The notes beneath the pieces were generated by a model. It had not been told where the DNA came from, did not search any database, and worked only from the letters and a program-made list of their open reading frames with translations. Below are positions 45,001 to 54,622 of a stretch of 64,000 bases of DNA, one piece after another (the first letter of the stretch is position 1; each line of letters opens with the position of its first letter). The DNA is from Haliotis cracherodii (taxonomy: Eukaryota). The stretch lies in the NCBI RefSeq assembly GCF_022045235.1, contig NW_027266286.1:65596001-65660000 (forward strand), read 5' to 3'. The translations under genes and the position numbers were made by a program.

Positions 45001-45297
45001 GCACCGCACACCACCGCACACCACACAAAACCACACCGCACCGCACTGCACCACACACCACACCCTGAATGTGGCTGTATGCCCCCGTCTGTGTTGCAGG
45101 AGCAGTACCGTGACCTGGTGAACCGTCTGCTGCAGAACCAGCAGGAGGAGGAGTACAAGCAGCGCCTCCTGGAGGCCTTCAACAACCTGACCCCGCCCTC
45201 CTTCAACATGACCATCTCCCGGCACACCAAGATAGCATTCATGCACAACTTTGACCAGTTCCTTACTAATGTCAGAGGATTCTTGTGTGTCAAGTGA
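9933..45297 (+). CDS. XPO4: Exportin-4 (importin-beta family nuclear transport receptor); full spliced gene span, 25 coding exons, 1142 aa
   Basis: 25 exons with GT..AG boundaries join in phase into one 3429-nt ORF. Motifs match XPO4 as I recall it throughout: ETSKSDYVLFQ, LQSYVREQIL, EDIHWLILIS, YQDILLVMELLTNLLSKDFIDF, ADVVMYG, C-terminal GFLCVK*. Confidence 0.97.
11642..12045. mobile_element. MITE with about 65-bp terminal inverted repeats
   Basis: ACCAGTCTCATTGAAATCAGATC...GCTAAACAAAGATCTGAGG is mirrored at about 11980-12045. Confidence 0.8.
12511..12686 (+). mobile_element. tRNA(Asp-like)-derived SINE (family B); further copies at about 35177-35340, 40958-41062, 42888-43050, 49989-50150, 57058-57275
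   Basis: A box TAGCCTAGTGG, B box GGTTCGATTCC, (ACTC)n tail; TSD CTTTACAGATAC at 12499-12510 and 12687-12698. Confidence 0.9.
13169..13659. mobile_element. hAT-like MITE
   Basis: Terminal inverted repeat CAGTGTTCCC...GGGAACACTG; no TSD seen. Confidence 0.55.
13962..14067 (+). CDS. XPO4: XPO4 exon 2 (AAPNIVTPDQRQAAERVILDFRKRKLPYSICRYIL)
   Basis: ttcacag| acceptor; |gtgagc donor; ends phase 1. Confidence 0.93.
14555..16290. repeat. Minisatellite of 22-bp and 19-bp monomers with a 170-bp higher-order period
   Basis: GACAGTAGAGATGATGACAGCT monomers interleaved with GACAGGATGTACTGGATCT. Confidence 0.95.
16501..16840 (+). mobile_element. tRNA-derived SINE (family C, Meta-domain-like); other copies at 35089-35600 (+) and about 60300-60585 (-)
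   Basis: tRNA-like head, then GTCGTACCAAAAGAC...AAAGATGGCACTTG...CCCTGCCTGGCGCTCGGCATTAAGG, resembling the MetaSINE central domain. Confidence 0.75.
16888..17029 (+). CDS. XPO4: XPO4 exon 3 (ETSKSDYVLFQ...GYITKNI)
   Basis: ctgcag| acceptor; |gtatat donor; ends phase 2. Confidence 0.93.
17941..18577. repeat. 17-bp minisatellite (GTGTTATGGTATTTGAG) ending at the exon 4 acceptor
   Basis: Direct tandem periodicity. Confidence 0.95.
18586..18727 (+). CDS. XPO4: XPO4 exon 4 (LQSYVREQILQ...LISSGNVTM)
   Basis: tttcag| acceptor; |gtaacc donor; phase 0. Confidence 0.93.
19585..19701 (+). CDS. XPO4: XPO4 exon 5 (QLVACSMLTALL...CKRAFE)
   Basis: ccccag| acceptor; |gtacgt donor; phase 0. Confidence 0.94.
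19870..20940. repeat. C-rich compound minisatellite (two unit types of about 38-42 bp) upstream of exon 6
   Basis: CCATCCCATATCGAGCCACCACCTCCATCATTGAAGTTTC units, then CTCCTCATCACCCAGCTTCTCCTCACCCAAACCCATC units. Confidence 0.92.
21001..21157 (+). CDS. XPO4: XPO4 exon 6 (EKDLKKVFMF...QVLSWEFTPKT), followed by a U12 intron
   Basis: ttgcag| acceptor; donor |GTATCCTT; ends phase 1. Confidence 0.92.
21158..22287 (+). other. U12-type (minor spliceosome) GT-AG intron, XPO4 intron 6
   Basis: 5' site GTATCCTTC; branch-like TTCCTTCAC at 22270-22278, about 10 nt before the AG; no long pyrimidine tract. Confidence 0.88.
21356..21517. mobile_element. Short Tc1/mariner-pogo-like MITE inside U12 intron 6
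   Basis: TA|CAGTAAAAC...GTTTACTG imperfect TIR. Confidence 0.5.
22288..22400 (+). CDS. XPO4: XPO4 exon 7 (LIRKHVGCFSINQNITLKPNASWRDTLLDPTVLGLFFK)
   Basis: U12-like branch TTCCTTCAC then gacag|; donor AAG|GTAAGC; phase 0. Confidence 0.9.
22381..24937 (+). repeat. 72-bp minisatellite (about 35.5 units) made of the exon 7 3' end plus its splice donor
   Basis: Unit TGCTGGGGCTGTTCTTCAAG|GTAAGCAATGTCCCTCCCTATTGACCCTTCTACCCAAGGCTTTACCCCACAG; 24901 minus 22381 = 35 x 72. Confidence 0.97.
25374..25531 (+). CDS. XPO4: XPO4 exon 8 (IYDKVRHNSEMA...GFLQLLT)
   Basis: tttcag| acceptor; |gtaggg donor; ends phase 2. Confidence 0.93.
26054..26228 (+). CDS. XPO4: XPO4 exon 9 (LGLQDFEHLGIS...EAAKEEA)
   Basis: tgcag| acceptor; |gtatgt donor; phase 0. 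Confidence 0.93.
26300..26473. mobile_element. Near-perfect inverted repeat resembling a Penelope-like pLTR fragment with a minimal hammerhead motif
   Basis: Arms of about 80 bp; right arm reads UUGAUGA-U-GGUGU..ACACC-GAAAC-GUC, then AATAAA. Confidence 0.65.
26650..26832 (+). CDS. XPO4: XPO4 exon 10 (MDRDDTIHMEAYEK...GIRSQLM)
   Basis: ttctag| acceptor; |gttagt donor; phase 0. Confidence 0.93.
27013..27284 (+). mobile_element. SINE-like family A (non-tRNA head); other copies at about 3516-3775, 32625-33270, 37427-37560, 39491-39706, 40513-40780, 43430-43610, 44010-44282, 47666-47869, 49285-49538, 53297-53518, 54501-54840, 58855-60172 (split), 60637-60900
   Basis: Shared consensus of about 270 bp with (AAAC/AACC)n tail; TSD CCTTATGGGCTG at 27001-27012 and 27285-27296; 12-14-bp TSDs at other copies. 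Confidence 0.9.
27461..27597 (+). CDS. XPO4: XPO4 exon 11 (NGSASAHDEEIDETEEDDRDKFSDQL...IPLLA)
   Basis: tttcag| acceptor; |gtgagt donor; ends phase 2. Confidence 0.93.
27682..27955 (+). mobile_element. tRNA(Leu-like)-derived SINE (family D, V-domain-like); copies at 34250-34525, 41070-41352 and a partial minus copy at about 19240-19450
   Basis: A box TGGCCCAGTCGTCTAAGG; B box GGTTCGAATCC in most copies (GGTTTGAATCC here); GTTTGTCAG...GGCTTTCCTCC domain; TSD TTTCACTACC. Confidence 0.85.
28212..28360 (+). CDS. XPO4: XPO4 exon 12 (VLEDRIGRLHGQLQR...EDIHWLILIS)
   Basis: ttacag| acceptor; |gtactg donor; ends phase 1. Confidence 0.93.
28971..29151 (+). CDS. XPO4: XPO4 exon 13 (HVLTEESEGETPMIP...STDWVV)
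   Basis: cttcag| acceptor; |gtaacc donor; ends phase 2. Confidence 0.93.
30613..30772 (+). CDS. XPO4: XPO4 exon 14 (LIAGMFRLCEVE...YLLPDENYYSQ)
   Basis: gtcag| acceptor; |gtgagt donor; phase 0. Confidence 0.92.
31160..31801. mobile_element. Kolobok-like non-autonomous DNA transposon
   Basis: TIR AGGTGCAAGATC...GATCTTGCACCT flanked by TTGA and TTAA. Confidence 0.6.
32650..33090 (+). repeat. 22-bp minisatellite (about 20 copies) expanded inside a family A SINE
   Basis: ATGCTTGTTGTAAGAGGCGACT tandem units between the SINE head and body. Confidence 0.95.
33332..33707. mobile_element. hAT MITE
   Basis: TAGGGCTG...CAGCTCTA ends with perfect 8-bp TSD GTAATTAC (33324-33331 and 33708-33715). Confidence 0.85.
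33824..33993 (+). CDS. XPO4: XPO4 exon 15 (MSMALSAAFGRDTDG...LVETKA)
   Basis: ttgtag| acceptor; |gtacac donor; ends phase 2. Confidence 0.93.
34754..34928 (+). CDS. XPO4: XPO4 exon 16 (ASYVIKVENLW...EEYWKL)
   Basis: tttcag| acceptor; |gtaggg donor; phase 0. Confidence 0.93.
35846..36044 (+). CDS. XPO4: XPO4 exon 17 (VLQSVHDRF...AESVKLL)
   Basis: cccag| acceptor; |gtgagt donor; ends phase 1. Confidence 0.91.
35999..36850 (+). repeat. 100-bp minisatellite made of the exon 17 3' end plus donor (8 extra copies)
   Basis: Unit contains TTCCTCTTCCTTTCACCCCTCCTAGCAGAGAGTGTCAAGTTGCTGG followed by GTGAGT or ATAAGT. Confidence 0.95.
37758..37846 (+). CDS. XPO4: XPO4 exon 18 (LYHSYEEVV...KQLCYLSE)
   Basis: ctgtag| acceptor; |gtcagt donor; phase 0. 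Confidence 0.92.
37884..38437. mobile_element. pogo/Tigger-like MITE with an internal 187-bp tandem duplication
   Basis: TA|CCGTA...TACGG|TA ends; duplicated block starts at 38064 and 38251. Confidence 0.7.
38656..38722 (+). CDS. XPO4: XPO4 exon 19 (MKARKLYELSLSAIQTYSKHNT)
   Basis: tcccag| acceptor; |gtaagt donor; ends phase 1. Confidence 0.92.
38862..39333 (+). repeat. Minisatellite of about 31-33 bp derived from the exon 20 acceptor region
   Basis: GTTGTGTGTCTGGTGGACGTGTATTCAGGTCAT units; the first unit contains TGTGTCAG|GCAAG like the true acceptor. Confidence 0.9.
39315..39431 (+). CDS. XPO4: XPO4 exon 20 (KRLVDVSEEEENKYQDILLVMELLTNLLSKDFIDFGEP)
   Basis: gtcag| acceptor; |gtaaag donor; ends phase 1. 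Confidence 0.93.
40819..40919 (+). CDS. XPO4: XPO4 exon 21 (ENEPSDG...PLMNAEILK)
   Basis: cttcag| acceptor; |gtaata donor; phase 0. Confidence 0.93.
41941..42071 (+). CDS. XPO4: XPO4 exon 22 (FPTLCSHYFKL...SIELGLS), followed by a U12 intron
   Basis: ttttcag| acceptor; donor |GTATCCTT; ends phase 2. Confidence 0.93.
42072..42432 (+). other. U12-type (minor spliceosome) GT-AG intron, XPO4 intron 22
   Basis: 5' site GTATCCTTG; branch CCTTGAC at 42415-42421, about 12 nt before the AG. Confidence 0.9.
42433..42550 (+). CDS. XPO4: XPO4 exon 23 (FSPETTRLCLEVISELA...LAHFLE)
   Basis: U12 branch CCTTGAC then cccag|; donor |gtgagt; phase 0. Confidence 0.9.
44390..44482 (+). CDS. XPO4: XPO4 exon 24 (LVFHMLLLE...LICCHQ)
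   Basis: ttccag| acceptor; |gtaggt donor; phase 0. Confidence 0.93.
44643..45065. repeat. CACCG/CACAG-type simple repeat containing an assembly gap (N at 44710-44849)
   Basis: Low-complexity tract with 140 Ns. Confidence 0.95.
45100..45297 (+). CDS. XPO4: XPO4 exon 25, last coding exon (EQYRDLV...RGFLCVK*)
   Basis: ttgcag| acceptor; TGA at 45295-45297; C-terminus resembles vertebrate ...GGLLCVK. Confidence 0.95.
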   Translation, partial: EQYRDLVNRLLQNQQEEEYKQRLLEAFNNLTPPSFNMTISRHTKIAFMHNFDQFLTNVRGFLCVK

Positions 45298-45990
45298 AGG
45301 ACCCCTACACATTGGTTCCTTTATCAAAAGAATCGCTGGTCACAATGGGAGCTCTTCAGTCCAGTGTCGGCTTTGCGTTTACACGCACAATCCAATTCAT
45401 GCTGTTCTATGCAAAGTTTGATGCACCAATACAAGACGTGCCTACAAGCACGAGAGACCGCACTTGCTGTGCCTGCAAGCTAGGTAGCTGTACAGAATGC
45501 ACCATGTTCGTGTGAGGTAGGGACAGAATGCGTGTGTGCAGTGTGCGGCAAGAATGCACCGGGGCGGAATGTATCACTGTGTGTTTGTGTGGAACAATGC
45601 AACAAGAGTGCAGCTCACGTACCCTTAGATTGCTTGTGTTTGCTCAATCAAATGGTTCTCGGTGCTGACACATGCAAGTTAAATGTGTTAAGAGTATTTT
45701 TCTAAAGTAACAGAAGAAGTATTTTAGTAGGAAACGACAATGCCTCGAACAACTGTGAAAACTGATGCTCTCCGAAAGTGCTTGTTTGTTGTGGTGACTG
45801 AGTACTGGACAAGTTTAGGGACCTTGAGGGAGTCGAGGGTTCAACTGACAATGCAAATAATATGTTGTGAAACAGCCATTGTTGGAGGCCAAGGGGTTTG
45901 ATGTCTAAGGCTGGTAGAAGCTGCTAGAACCAGACTTGGTCAAGTCCTCAATCTGTTCTTGGGAAGGATACATCTGACAGGGTAGAAGAA

Positions 45991-46182
45991 CTGCTCTCAG
46001 ACATGTGGAAGATCTGGCGTCTGCCCTCAGACAGATGGAAGATTAGATGTCTGCTCTCGGGCAGATGGAAGATGTGGTGTCTGCTCTCAGACTGATTGAA
46101 GATGTGGTGTCTGCTCTCAGACTGATTGAAGATGTGGTGTCTGCTCTCAGACATGTGGAAGATTTGGCGTCTGCTCTCAGAC
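45991..46182. repeat. 30-bp tandem repeat (about 6 copies) downstream of the XPO4 stop, probably in the 3' UTR
   Basis: CTGCTCTCAGACTGATTGAAGATGTGGTGT units. Confidence 0.9.
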
Positions 46183-48719
46183 AAGTACACGTCTGCTGGA
46201 TTGAGTGAAGTGTTGGACTGCAAGGGGAATGATCTGAGAAACCGCTGTCTGTCAGTCACGATGCTCTTTTCAACAACGATGCAAGGATTGATTCACTCTG
46301 ATAAGATGGCTTATGACACAACATGAAGGCTGCCCCATCTGTTGGTTGACTTAATGGTTGATTCCTCTGAGCCATGATGTGAATGAATCAATGATTCAGA
46401 TTGCTGTTTCCGTGGTTACGAAGAGATAGTTCATTCAACGGATACGAAGTGATGGTATTCCACTTGACCACTATGATTTGATTAATTAAATGGCTACTTT
46501 GTGAAGGCATATTCCACGACTACAATATTACAAGGTGATTGGTAATTCCACTCCTACAAGGTGATGGTTGATGACAACGTAAACGGTGATTCTACTATTC
46601 CAAAGTTATCTTTAAGTCCGCTGGATCTACACATCGACAGTGTGATGGATGGTTACTCTCCCAGGCAATGGAATTCTTGATCCTTCAGTGGAAGAACTGA
46701 AGAACAGTTAAAGCCAGTCAACCTTCTCCAGCACTGCCCCAACATGACGCCAACTGACGAGCGTCGGCCATGATGACTACTGTGTGTCTTTCAAGTGTGT
46801 CCGGTTTATGAGATTAAATGTGTTCAGAGCGTATGTCAACAGGGTCGACAGACCGAGTTGCACGAGTGTTTAACTCTAGCAGATGTTATATTACTTAATG
46901 CGGGATCTGCTCACAATGACACTCACTGTTGTGTAATGGAGGTATACAACTCAGAATTTGCTAAGGACCAAAATAGTCATCTTCAGTCAAAGGTGTGATC
47001 CTTAGCAAGTGTTGAGCAGCATATGTTCAGAATAGCCTACAGCGTATTTTCATTTTCACAAAGTACATGTATTTTCTTAATTTATGAAGGTCAAACAACT
47101 TATCACGTGTAGTTTCTGTATGTTGTTAGACACTAGATTCATTCCATTTGTTAATGAGTAATTGAACCATCATGGGAGAATGATCCCTTGTGCCTTATGT
47201 TGAAGCCTGACAGCTCTCTACTCAGCAGAACATGTCCGTAGTGTGTGTATGTGTGTCAGCCATCGTTGTCTGTGTCCAAGCATTAGAGATCATGTATATA
47301 GGAGTCAGTGTTTACTGTCAAATTTTCATAAAAACAAGGCTGATCATGCGAACAAATCAGGTTTTACAAAAATCAAAGAATTACATCTTCAAATATGAAT
47401 CATTGATCTTGAATCATGAACCATGATGAGAATCAGAGCTACAGATAAGCAGCGTATTTGGGTAAAATACCCCCCAAAATATTCAAAACCCAATTACTTC
47501 AATTAGCTTGCGTACAGAAACGCATGCATTAAATGAAAAACTCAAATGTATAAAAACAGCTCGCCTAAATACCCAAGCTTTTTCAGCATGCGTACAACAG
47601 AGCTAATTTCTGAAACACAATTACCCGCTAATTTACTTTCTGAATCAAGCCTCTATGTTTAGAAGAGAGGCGACTATGCTTGTCGTAAAAGGCGACTATC
47701 GGGCTCGCTGACTTGGTTGATACATGTCATTGATCCCAATTGCGTGGATCGATGCTCATGATATTAATCACTGGATTGTCTGGTCCAGACTCGATTATTT
47801 ACAGACCGCCGTCATATAGCTGGAATATTGCTGAGTGCGGCGTTTAACAACAAACCAATCAATCAATCAGTTTAGAAGAGACATAAACATCTAAAACATT
47901 AAATCTTAACATGTTCACTAATTTTGGGGAAAACCCATTAGAGTGAGGAATAGTTGAGTGAAAAAATATTGGTGTAATAACCCAATTAAAATAGAAACCC
48001 TAGAGTAAAACCTTATTGCTCAAAAAGTTATCTGGAGCTCTGTATAATTGCCATTTTTTTTGTAACTTTGAGTTAGTGATAAGACTGGTCAAATGTATTT
48101 ACTGTCTCTACCTTTTGGTTGTGCAATCCAATGGAATATGTAGATTATAGTTTGATCATATATTATCCCATGTCTTTTTAGGGACCAACCATGTCAATTT
48201 AATATTGGGAGGGGGAGGGGTCTGTCATATTTGTTTGAGATAAAATATTAATTCAGTCAGTTCTTGAAAACATACAGAGGATGGGGACAAAATATGTTCT
48301 TTGGACTCATAATACATTATTTTTCAAACATTCTGAATATTCACCTGATGTCTAATGAACAATTATTTAGAGGGGTAAAACTTGAGGTCAGAATGTTTCA
48401 AAAGATTATTATTATTTTGGACCCAAGCACCTCAGAACCCCAGAATATGAAATGGTTGTCAGATTAACTGTTTAATGTGGACTCCTACTGAAGACAGAGG
48501 TGTGATGGTGTTGTTGGGGCTTTAAGGGTTAACTGTGGGCCCTGACGCCAGTATTGTATCACAACAATTTTCATCGATACGAAAGCAATACATGTTGTAT
48601 AGGTAACATCTGTCAGTTGCATGTGCGGAAACCAACCAAGGCTTGGGAACTTTGAATACCAACAGACAATGACATTTTACAATTCATTATGTAGTATGAA
48701 AAACGAATGGCAAAATCTA

Positions 48720-48839
48720 TATTACTCAGAAAAGGTTAAGCAACACAATTCTTTCATATTACTATAGTTAATCTGTCATGGCAGATTAATTATTGTAATA
48801 TGAAAGAATTAGGTGTTTATTAACTAGTTTTGAGTAGTA
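48720..48839. mobile_element. Palindromic TA-flanked (mariner-like) MITE; relatives at about 29785-29850, 49236-49596 (interrupted by a SINE) and 50326-50472
   Basis: TACTCA...TGAGTA ends; internal hairpin TTCTTTCATATTACTATAGTTAATCTG / CAGATTAATTATTGTAATATGAAAGAA. Confidence 0.75.
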
Positions 48840-50518
48840 TATTTTCTGAAGGTATGACTCCTCAAGCCTAGTTTGTGGCATAAACAATTGTTGGCATGTT
48901 ATCATAGCTATTATTACAAATTACCAAATGGGATTTTAGGTATATTTTAGTCATTTATTTATTTTGATATTGAATATTGTTCCTCGTCCATGTGAGTATG
49001 ACACGTGTTGAGTTTGTTAATCCTGTTACCACTTTACAATCTCGACATTTGAGAGAGTCTACCATTACGATGATCGCCATAGCAACTGTCAGAAGGCCAC
49101 ACTTCCAACCGCAGCCATTTGTCTTGCAGATTGGGGATTTTTGACGATTTCCTATTACTTTCTGTCACATGATTCATTGTAACCATGGTTACAGCTGCAG
49201 TGTTTGCTGTGTAGCTGCTTTCACAATATGAAGTATTCTACTCTAAAGAAGTTAGGGAACACCAAATTCTTTCATATTACTAAAGACCTGCGAAAATCTG
49301 GGGTAGAATAGGTCGTCAGCAACCCATGCTTGCCGTCAAAGGCAACTATGCTTATCGTAAAAGGCGACTAACGTGATTGCTGACTTGGTTGATGCGTGTC
49401 ATCTTTTCCCAATTGTGTTGTTCGATGTTCATGATGTCAATCACTGGATTGTCTGGTCCAGACTCGATTATTTACAAACTGCCGTCACATAGCTGGAATA
49501 TTGCTCAGTGCGGTGTAAACAACAAACCAAACCAAAAATCATATTACTAAAGTTAATCTGTCATTTCGTGCTGTTCATAACTTCTTTTGAGTAGTATATT
49601 TATTCAGTTCTACACTTTCTCCATCTACTAGTATGTGTCTTGTTTTCTGATGCCAGTAATTTGAGAGCAGAGGATAGGCCACCGTAGCAGCCATTGTACA
49701 ATGACCAACACCATGGAGTAGTCATGAAGTTTGTTGTTCAAGTCAACTCATCTGCTACTAAAGTGACAATCACAGTTAGACCTACAGGTATAAACCATCA
49801 TGTCAGCCATCTACACTTTTTCATGGATTTTGAATGAATTTTGAAAGAATTCATGTTTGCTTCATTGAAATACCAGAAGTATATTCACAAGTATTTCTGG
49901 TCAGCGTTTGCTTCACTGATCTATCCAAAGTATATCAACAAGTATTTCTGGTCACTGATCTCCAGTCTGTCTCCTCCTACGTCATATAAGGCAGTCGGGT
50001 AGCCTAGTGGTTAAAGTGTTTGGTCGTCATGTCGAAGACACGGGTGGGATTCCCGACATAGGAACAATGAGTGGAGCCCATTTCTGGTGTCCCCCGCTGT
50101 GATATTGCTGGAATATTGCTTAAAGCGGCGTAAAACCATGCTCACTCATCCTACGTCCTATAAATTGTGTTGTTTTGTTCCTCATCCTCTTTCATCATCA
50201 CAGCATCCATTGATTCATCCATCCCATCTTGCCCCCTGACCCCAATAGATGTTTCCCAGGACATGTAGGCCTGGAATGCTTTGTCTACACGTCCGAGATG
50301 CATCTTCTATACCAATGGCTACAGCGTTACTTAAAATAGATGTCAAGGATCGCTTGATTCTTTCATATTACTACAGTTAATCTGTCACGCCATATCAGAT
50401 TAACTATGGTAATATGACAGAAGTTTACACACCCCACTATATACACTTTACCAGGAAGTTCTGTGAGTAGTAAAGTACCACTGGGTTTATCCTCACAAGT
50501 ATTGGCCGATTTGGCTTT

Positions 50519-51010
50519 ACTCATGGGAATATACATGATATATATCTCATATCTACATGATATTTACATGATATTTACATGCTATGTACATGATATATAC
50601 ATGATATACTCATGGGAATATACATGATATATATCTCATATCTACATGATATATACCTGCTATGTACATGATATATACCTGCTATGTACGATATATACAT
50701 ATGTACGTGATATATGTTATATCTACACACACGATATATGTTATATCTACAAACATGCACATGCTATGTACATGATATATAGATATATCTTCATGATATA
50801 TAGTATACATGCTATGTACATATATGTTATATCTACATACATGATATAATATATGTTATATCTACATATATACACATGACATATATATGACATGTACATG
50901 ATGCTATATACATGCTGTATATATACCTGCTATATACATGATATGCACATGCTATATACATGATATGCACATGCTACGTAAATGCTATATACATGCTATG
51001 TACATGATAT
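50519..51010. repeat. AT-rich degenerate simple repeat (ATATACATG-type)
   Basis: Low-complexity periodic tract. Confidence 0.85.
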
Positions 51011-51771
51011 AGAGACACATGTGGTACCTCGCTCATCAGTGTTGTATTTTTACTCATGACACTGTGTACTCTGTATTTGTACTGATGAGATTTAACTTCA
51101 GACATGTGACAGACATTTTCGTCCAGCTCATATTCCATGGCACAGATTTCAGCCTAGTGGTGGTTCATCTTATTCTGCAGGGTTTGATCTCTCAGTTGTC
51201 ATTGGTTCGAATCCCAGATTCACACAGCTCATGGTCTTGGTTCAAAGTACCATGCCTTTGCTGGTAGGTTGGACCATAGTGGTATAAAGCTTTGACCTGC
51301 ATCACTTTACTAAGCTACATAGTAATAGAACTCAATTACCATGCAAAGTTGCATTAAACCCAACTCACTCACCCACTCACAAATTCAGCTCAGATTATGT
51401 TGTTACAGAGCTGTCAGTCATTTGTGCACTGCACATTCTGTCGTTCTTTAGAATCATGTTGTTTAGATTGTATTTTCCTCTCAATTTTGGTGATGTCCAT
51501 TTGGCTGTAACATACAATGGTTTCTTGCGCATGGTGAACACCTCATGAAGACATTGATGTACTGATAACTGCAGATTTCTGAATCCAATGAGTGTTTCTG
51601 TGTTATATCATCCTGTCTTGTGTGCAACCATTGGAGTTGTAAGTAATAATCTGTCCTTTTTAAGATAAGACATATCCGTGTTCCATAAATCTTCAAGTAA
51701 ATGTTGGGGATGGGATAGCCTGGTGGTTAAAGCATTGCTGCATTGCGACATGACCCTATTTTAACAAAGTG

Positions 51772-52116
51772 TTGCTTGGATGTGATGCCGTGATCTGGCA
51801 GGGACGTGATGCCGTGATCTGGCTTGGACATTATGCCGTGATCTGGCTGGGATGTGATGCCGTGATCTGGCGGGGACGTGATGCTGTGATCTGGCTGGGA
51901 CGTGATGCCGTGATCTGGCTGGGATGTTATGCCGTGATCTGGCTGGGACGTGATGCCGTGATCTGGCTGGGATGTTATGCCGTGATCTGGCTGGGGCGTG
52001 ATGCCGTGATCTGGCTGGGGCGTGATGCCGTGATCTGGCTGGGGCGTGATGCCGTGATCTGGCTGGGGCGTGATGCCGTGATCTGGCTGGGACGTGATGC
52101 CGTGATCTGGCTGGGA
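51772..52116. repeat. 24-bp minisatellite (about 14 copies)
   Basis: GGCTGGGACGTGATGCCGTGATCT units. Confidence 0.95.
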
Positions 52117-52431
52117 TATATATAAACTAAGTGGAAATCACCTCACATTTGGATGGAGGATTCATGGTATTCATTTACTTCCTCATCCTCATTCATCCTT
52201 GTTCTCAGCACTCATCAAAGGATACAACTCTATGTCTTCACTTATCCCTCTGGTGCAATGGCGGTCGGCCCTGTGGCATTGACTTGGTGGAGTGACCTCT
52301 GGCATTCTGAATTGGATTAGAAAAAAGAATCCTTTGTAAAGTAGGCTGTGATATTCATTGGGAGCATCAAGGCTGAAATACTTTGTGGCATAGGTATTAC
52401 ATCTTTAGACCGGGTCTGGACAAACAACATA

Positions 52432-52929
52432 CCATATTTTCTTGAGTATAGTGCGCACCCATGTATAATGCGCACCCCTCTCTAGCGGATTCAAAATTTT
52501 GGAAAAAAAAAATTCAAATACCAAACGCAAAAAAAAAATACACCGTACCCCTTTAACGAAGTCCGGCAAAAGAACGGGTGATGAGAAACATGGTCAGTAC
52601 AAATTTGAAATTTGAGATTAAAAATCACCAGACATGTTGATTTACCGTTTAAATTGTATTTTTTGTTCTGTAAGTCATTGTTTTATATCCAGGGATTAAG
52701 ATTACCTTGTGTATTTTCTCTTAAACTAAGCCGGACACAGCAATCCATGTACACACGTTTTCTTGGAATCTACCGGACATGGTATTTCCGGTGTTACGTG
52801 CTCACGGTAATGTCTTTCCATGGGGGAAAAAACATCAAAACTCATTAATTCGTGTATAATGCGCACCCCCTTCTACACAGCTGTGTTTTTTGGAGAGAAA
52901 AAGTGTGCACTATACTCAAGAAAATACGG
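52432..52929. mobile_element. pogo/Tigger-like MITE
   Basis: TIR CC(A/G)TATTTTCTTGAGTATAGTGC with TA TSD; subterminal GTATAATGCGCACCCC repeats. Confidence 0.85.
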
Positions 52930-54513
52930 TATATACAGTTATGATATACCAGGCTACATATATATTTTTTGTATCAGAATAACTTTTTTCTGACAAAATA
53001 TGCAGTAGTATCAAGCCATTTTTTGTTAAATACCCATGTGGGAAGGGTCTCTAATTACTTCCCTTTATGGTATCAACCTCCGAAACATGGAAAGTATTGA
53101 GTTTCCAGTATCGTGTCTTGGCTTTATTGTCAAGATACATATCATATTGCAACAGTATGCATTGCAAGTATAGCTTCATTATTAGCCTTGCCACAATTAG
53201 CTGTAAGATTGCTGCTGCTGCGTTAAGCAATAATTACTGACTCGCTCATCATTAGCATGTAGCATGTTTGAACTTTGTCAACCTTTGTCAACCAAAGCTT
53301 GCCGTCAAAGACTATGCCTGTCGTAAGAGGCGACTAACGGGATCGGGTGGTCAGGCTCCCTGGCTTGGTTGATGCATGTCATTGTATCTCAATTGCATGG
53401 TTCGATGCTCATGATGTCAATCACTGGATTGTCTGGTCTAGACTCGATTATTTACAGACCGATGTCATATAGGTGGAATATTGCTGAGTGTAGCGTTAAA
53501 CAACAAACAATCAAACAAATGTATGCGAGGGGGGAAGCAGTAGCTTCAGACTTACAAAGGACTCCATTCTTTCTTCCTTTCTTGAATGCCATTGGTTGTA
53601 CTCATTTTAGCATAGATGCTCATATTGACTGACTAGTCTACTCTACTGTGATTGGCTGTCAGATCTCTTGTAGTGGTGGTTTTCCATTAGCTGTTTTTGA
53701 ACAACCATTTTTTTCGGATAAATACATGCATGGTTGTTGGACACTAAACATGCTAAAGAAATCCACCTCAAGATGATCAAAGTAATACGTATTGTGATGG
53801 AGTCTGGCAAGCTCAATCGAAGGTCAGTAGAGAATTGTCATCCAACATTGCCATGCTCACCTTAACTCAAGTTCTATTTGTGGTTTCGTTATTTCAGATT
53901 CAGTTTAAACTAAAAGTGTGTCAAATTGACAAATTTGGATATTTTCATTCTTTGAAGGAAGTAAAAAATAATTCTCACTTTTAAAAAAGTGAATTGTCAT
54001 CTTATAATTACTTTTTACTGCCCTAATCCATTAACTGATAGTCCTTTTATGACTGTTTTGTAAAATGTATTACTCACAAGAAATGTTTTTAATAGAAATC
54101 CTTTGTCATTGTGATAGTTCTTTGATGAATTGGTTAATGGTGTAGTTGTGTACTTCTCTTAGCATTGGTGTTAGTCAATGTTAGTTCTGTCAATGTCTGA
54201 TTTATGATCCAAGAGATCTAATGCTTGCTTTCTAGGTTTGTTGTTCTCAAAGACTATTGTACCCTTCACTTCAACATAAATCTAAATGTTATTCATCTGT
54301 TTCATCATTGTTTAAACATGTAACCCACCTCTGACCCCACGTGCACAAAGGGACTTCACTGATTCAGCTCTCTGTTCTGAAAGACGGTGCGAAGATCGTT
54401 TTGAGCAGGTGATCCAGAGCCACAAAGTGATCATAGTATTAAGACGATCAACTTCCTTACTTTAACATGGAGTAATGATACAGCTGAGATTGTTGTGTTG
54501 CCCTTGAAGATCC

Positions 54514-54622
54514 GGGGCCCCGTTCCTCAAAGCGATCTTAGCGCTTCGATGATCGTAAGCCTGTGTTAAAGTATGGGACTTACGATCACCATAGCGCTAA
54601 GACTGCTTTGAGGAACAGGGCC
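54514..54622. mobile_element. Short palindromic MITE inserted in a family A SINE head; relatives at about 5787-5820 and 54868-54972
   Basis: GGCCCCGTTCCTCAAAGCGATCTTAGCGC...GCGCTAAGACTGCTTTGAGGAACAGGGCC. Confidence 0.7.

Noticed and set aside
45298-45483. Open frame continuing after the XPO4 TGA (possible readthrough)
   Set aside because: The stop matches the conserved LCVK terminus, the context TGA-A is not a known leaky one, and an open stretch of about 60 codons can arise by chance.
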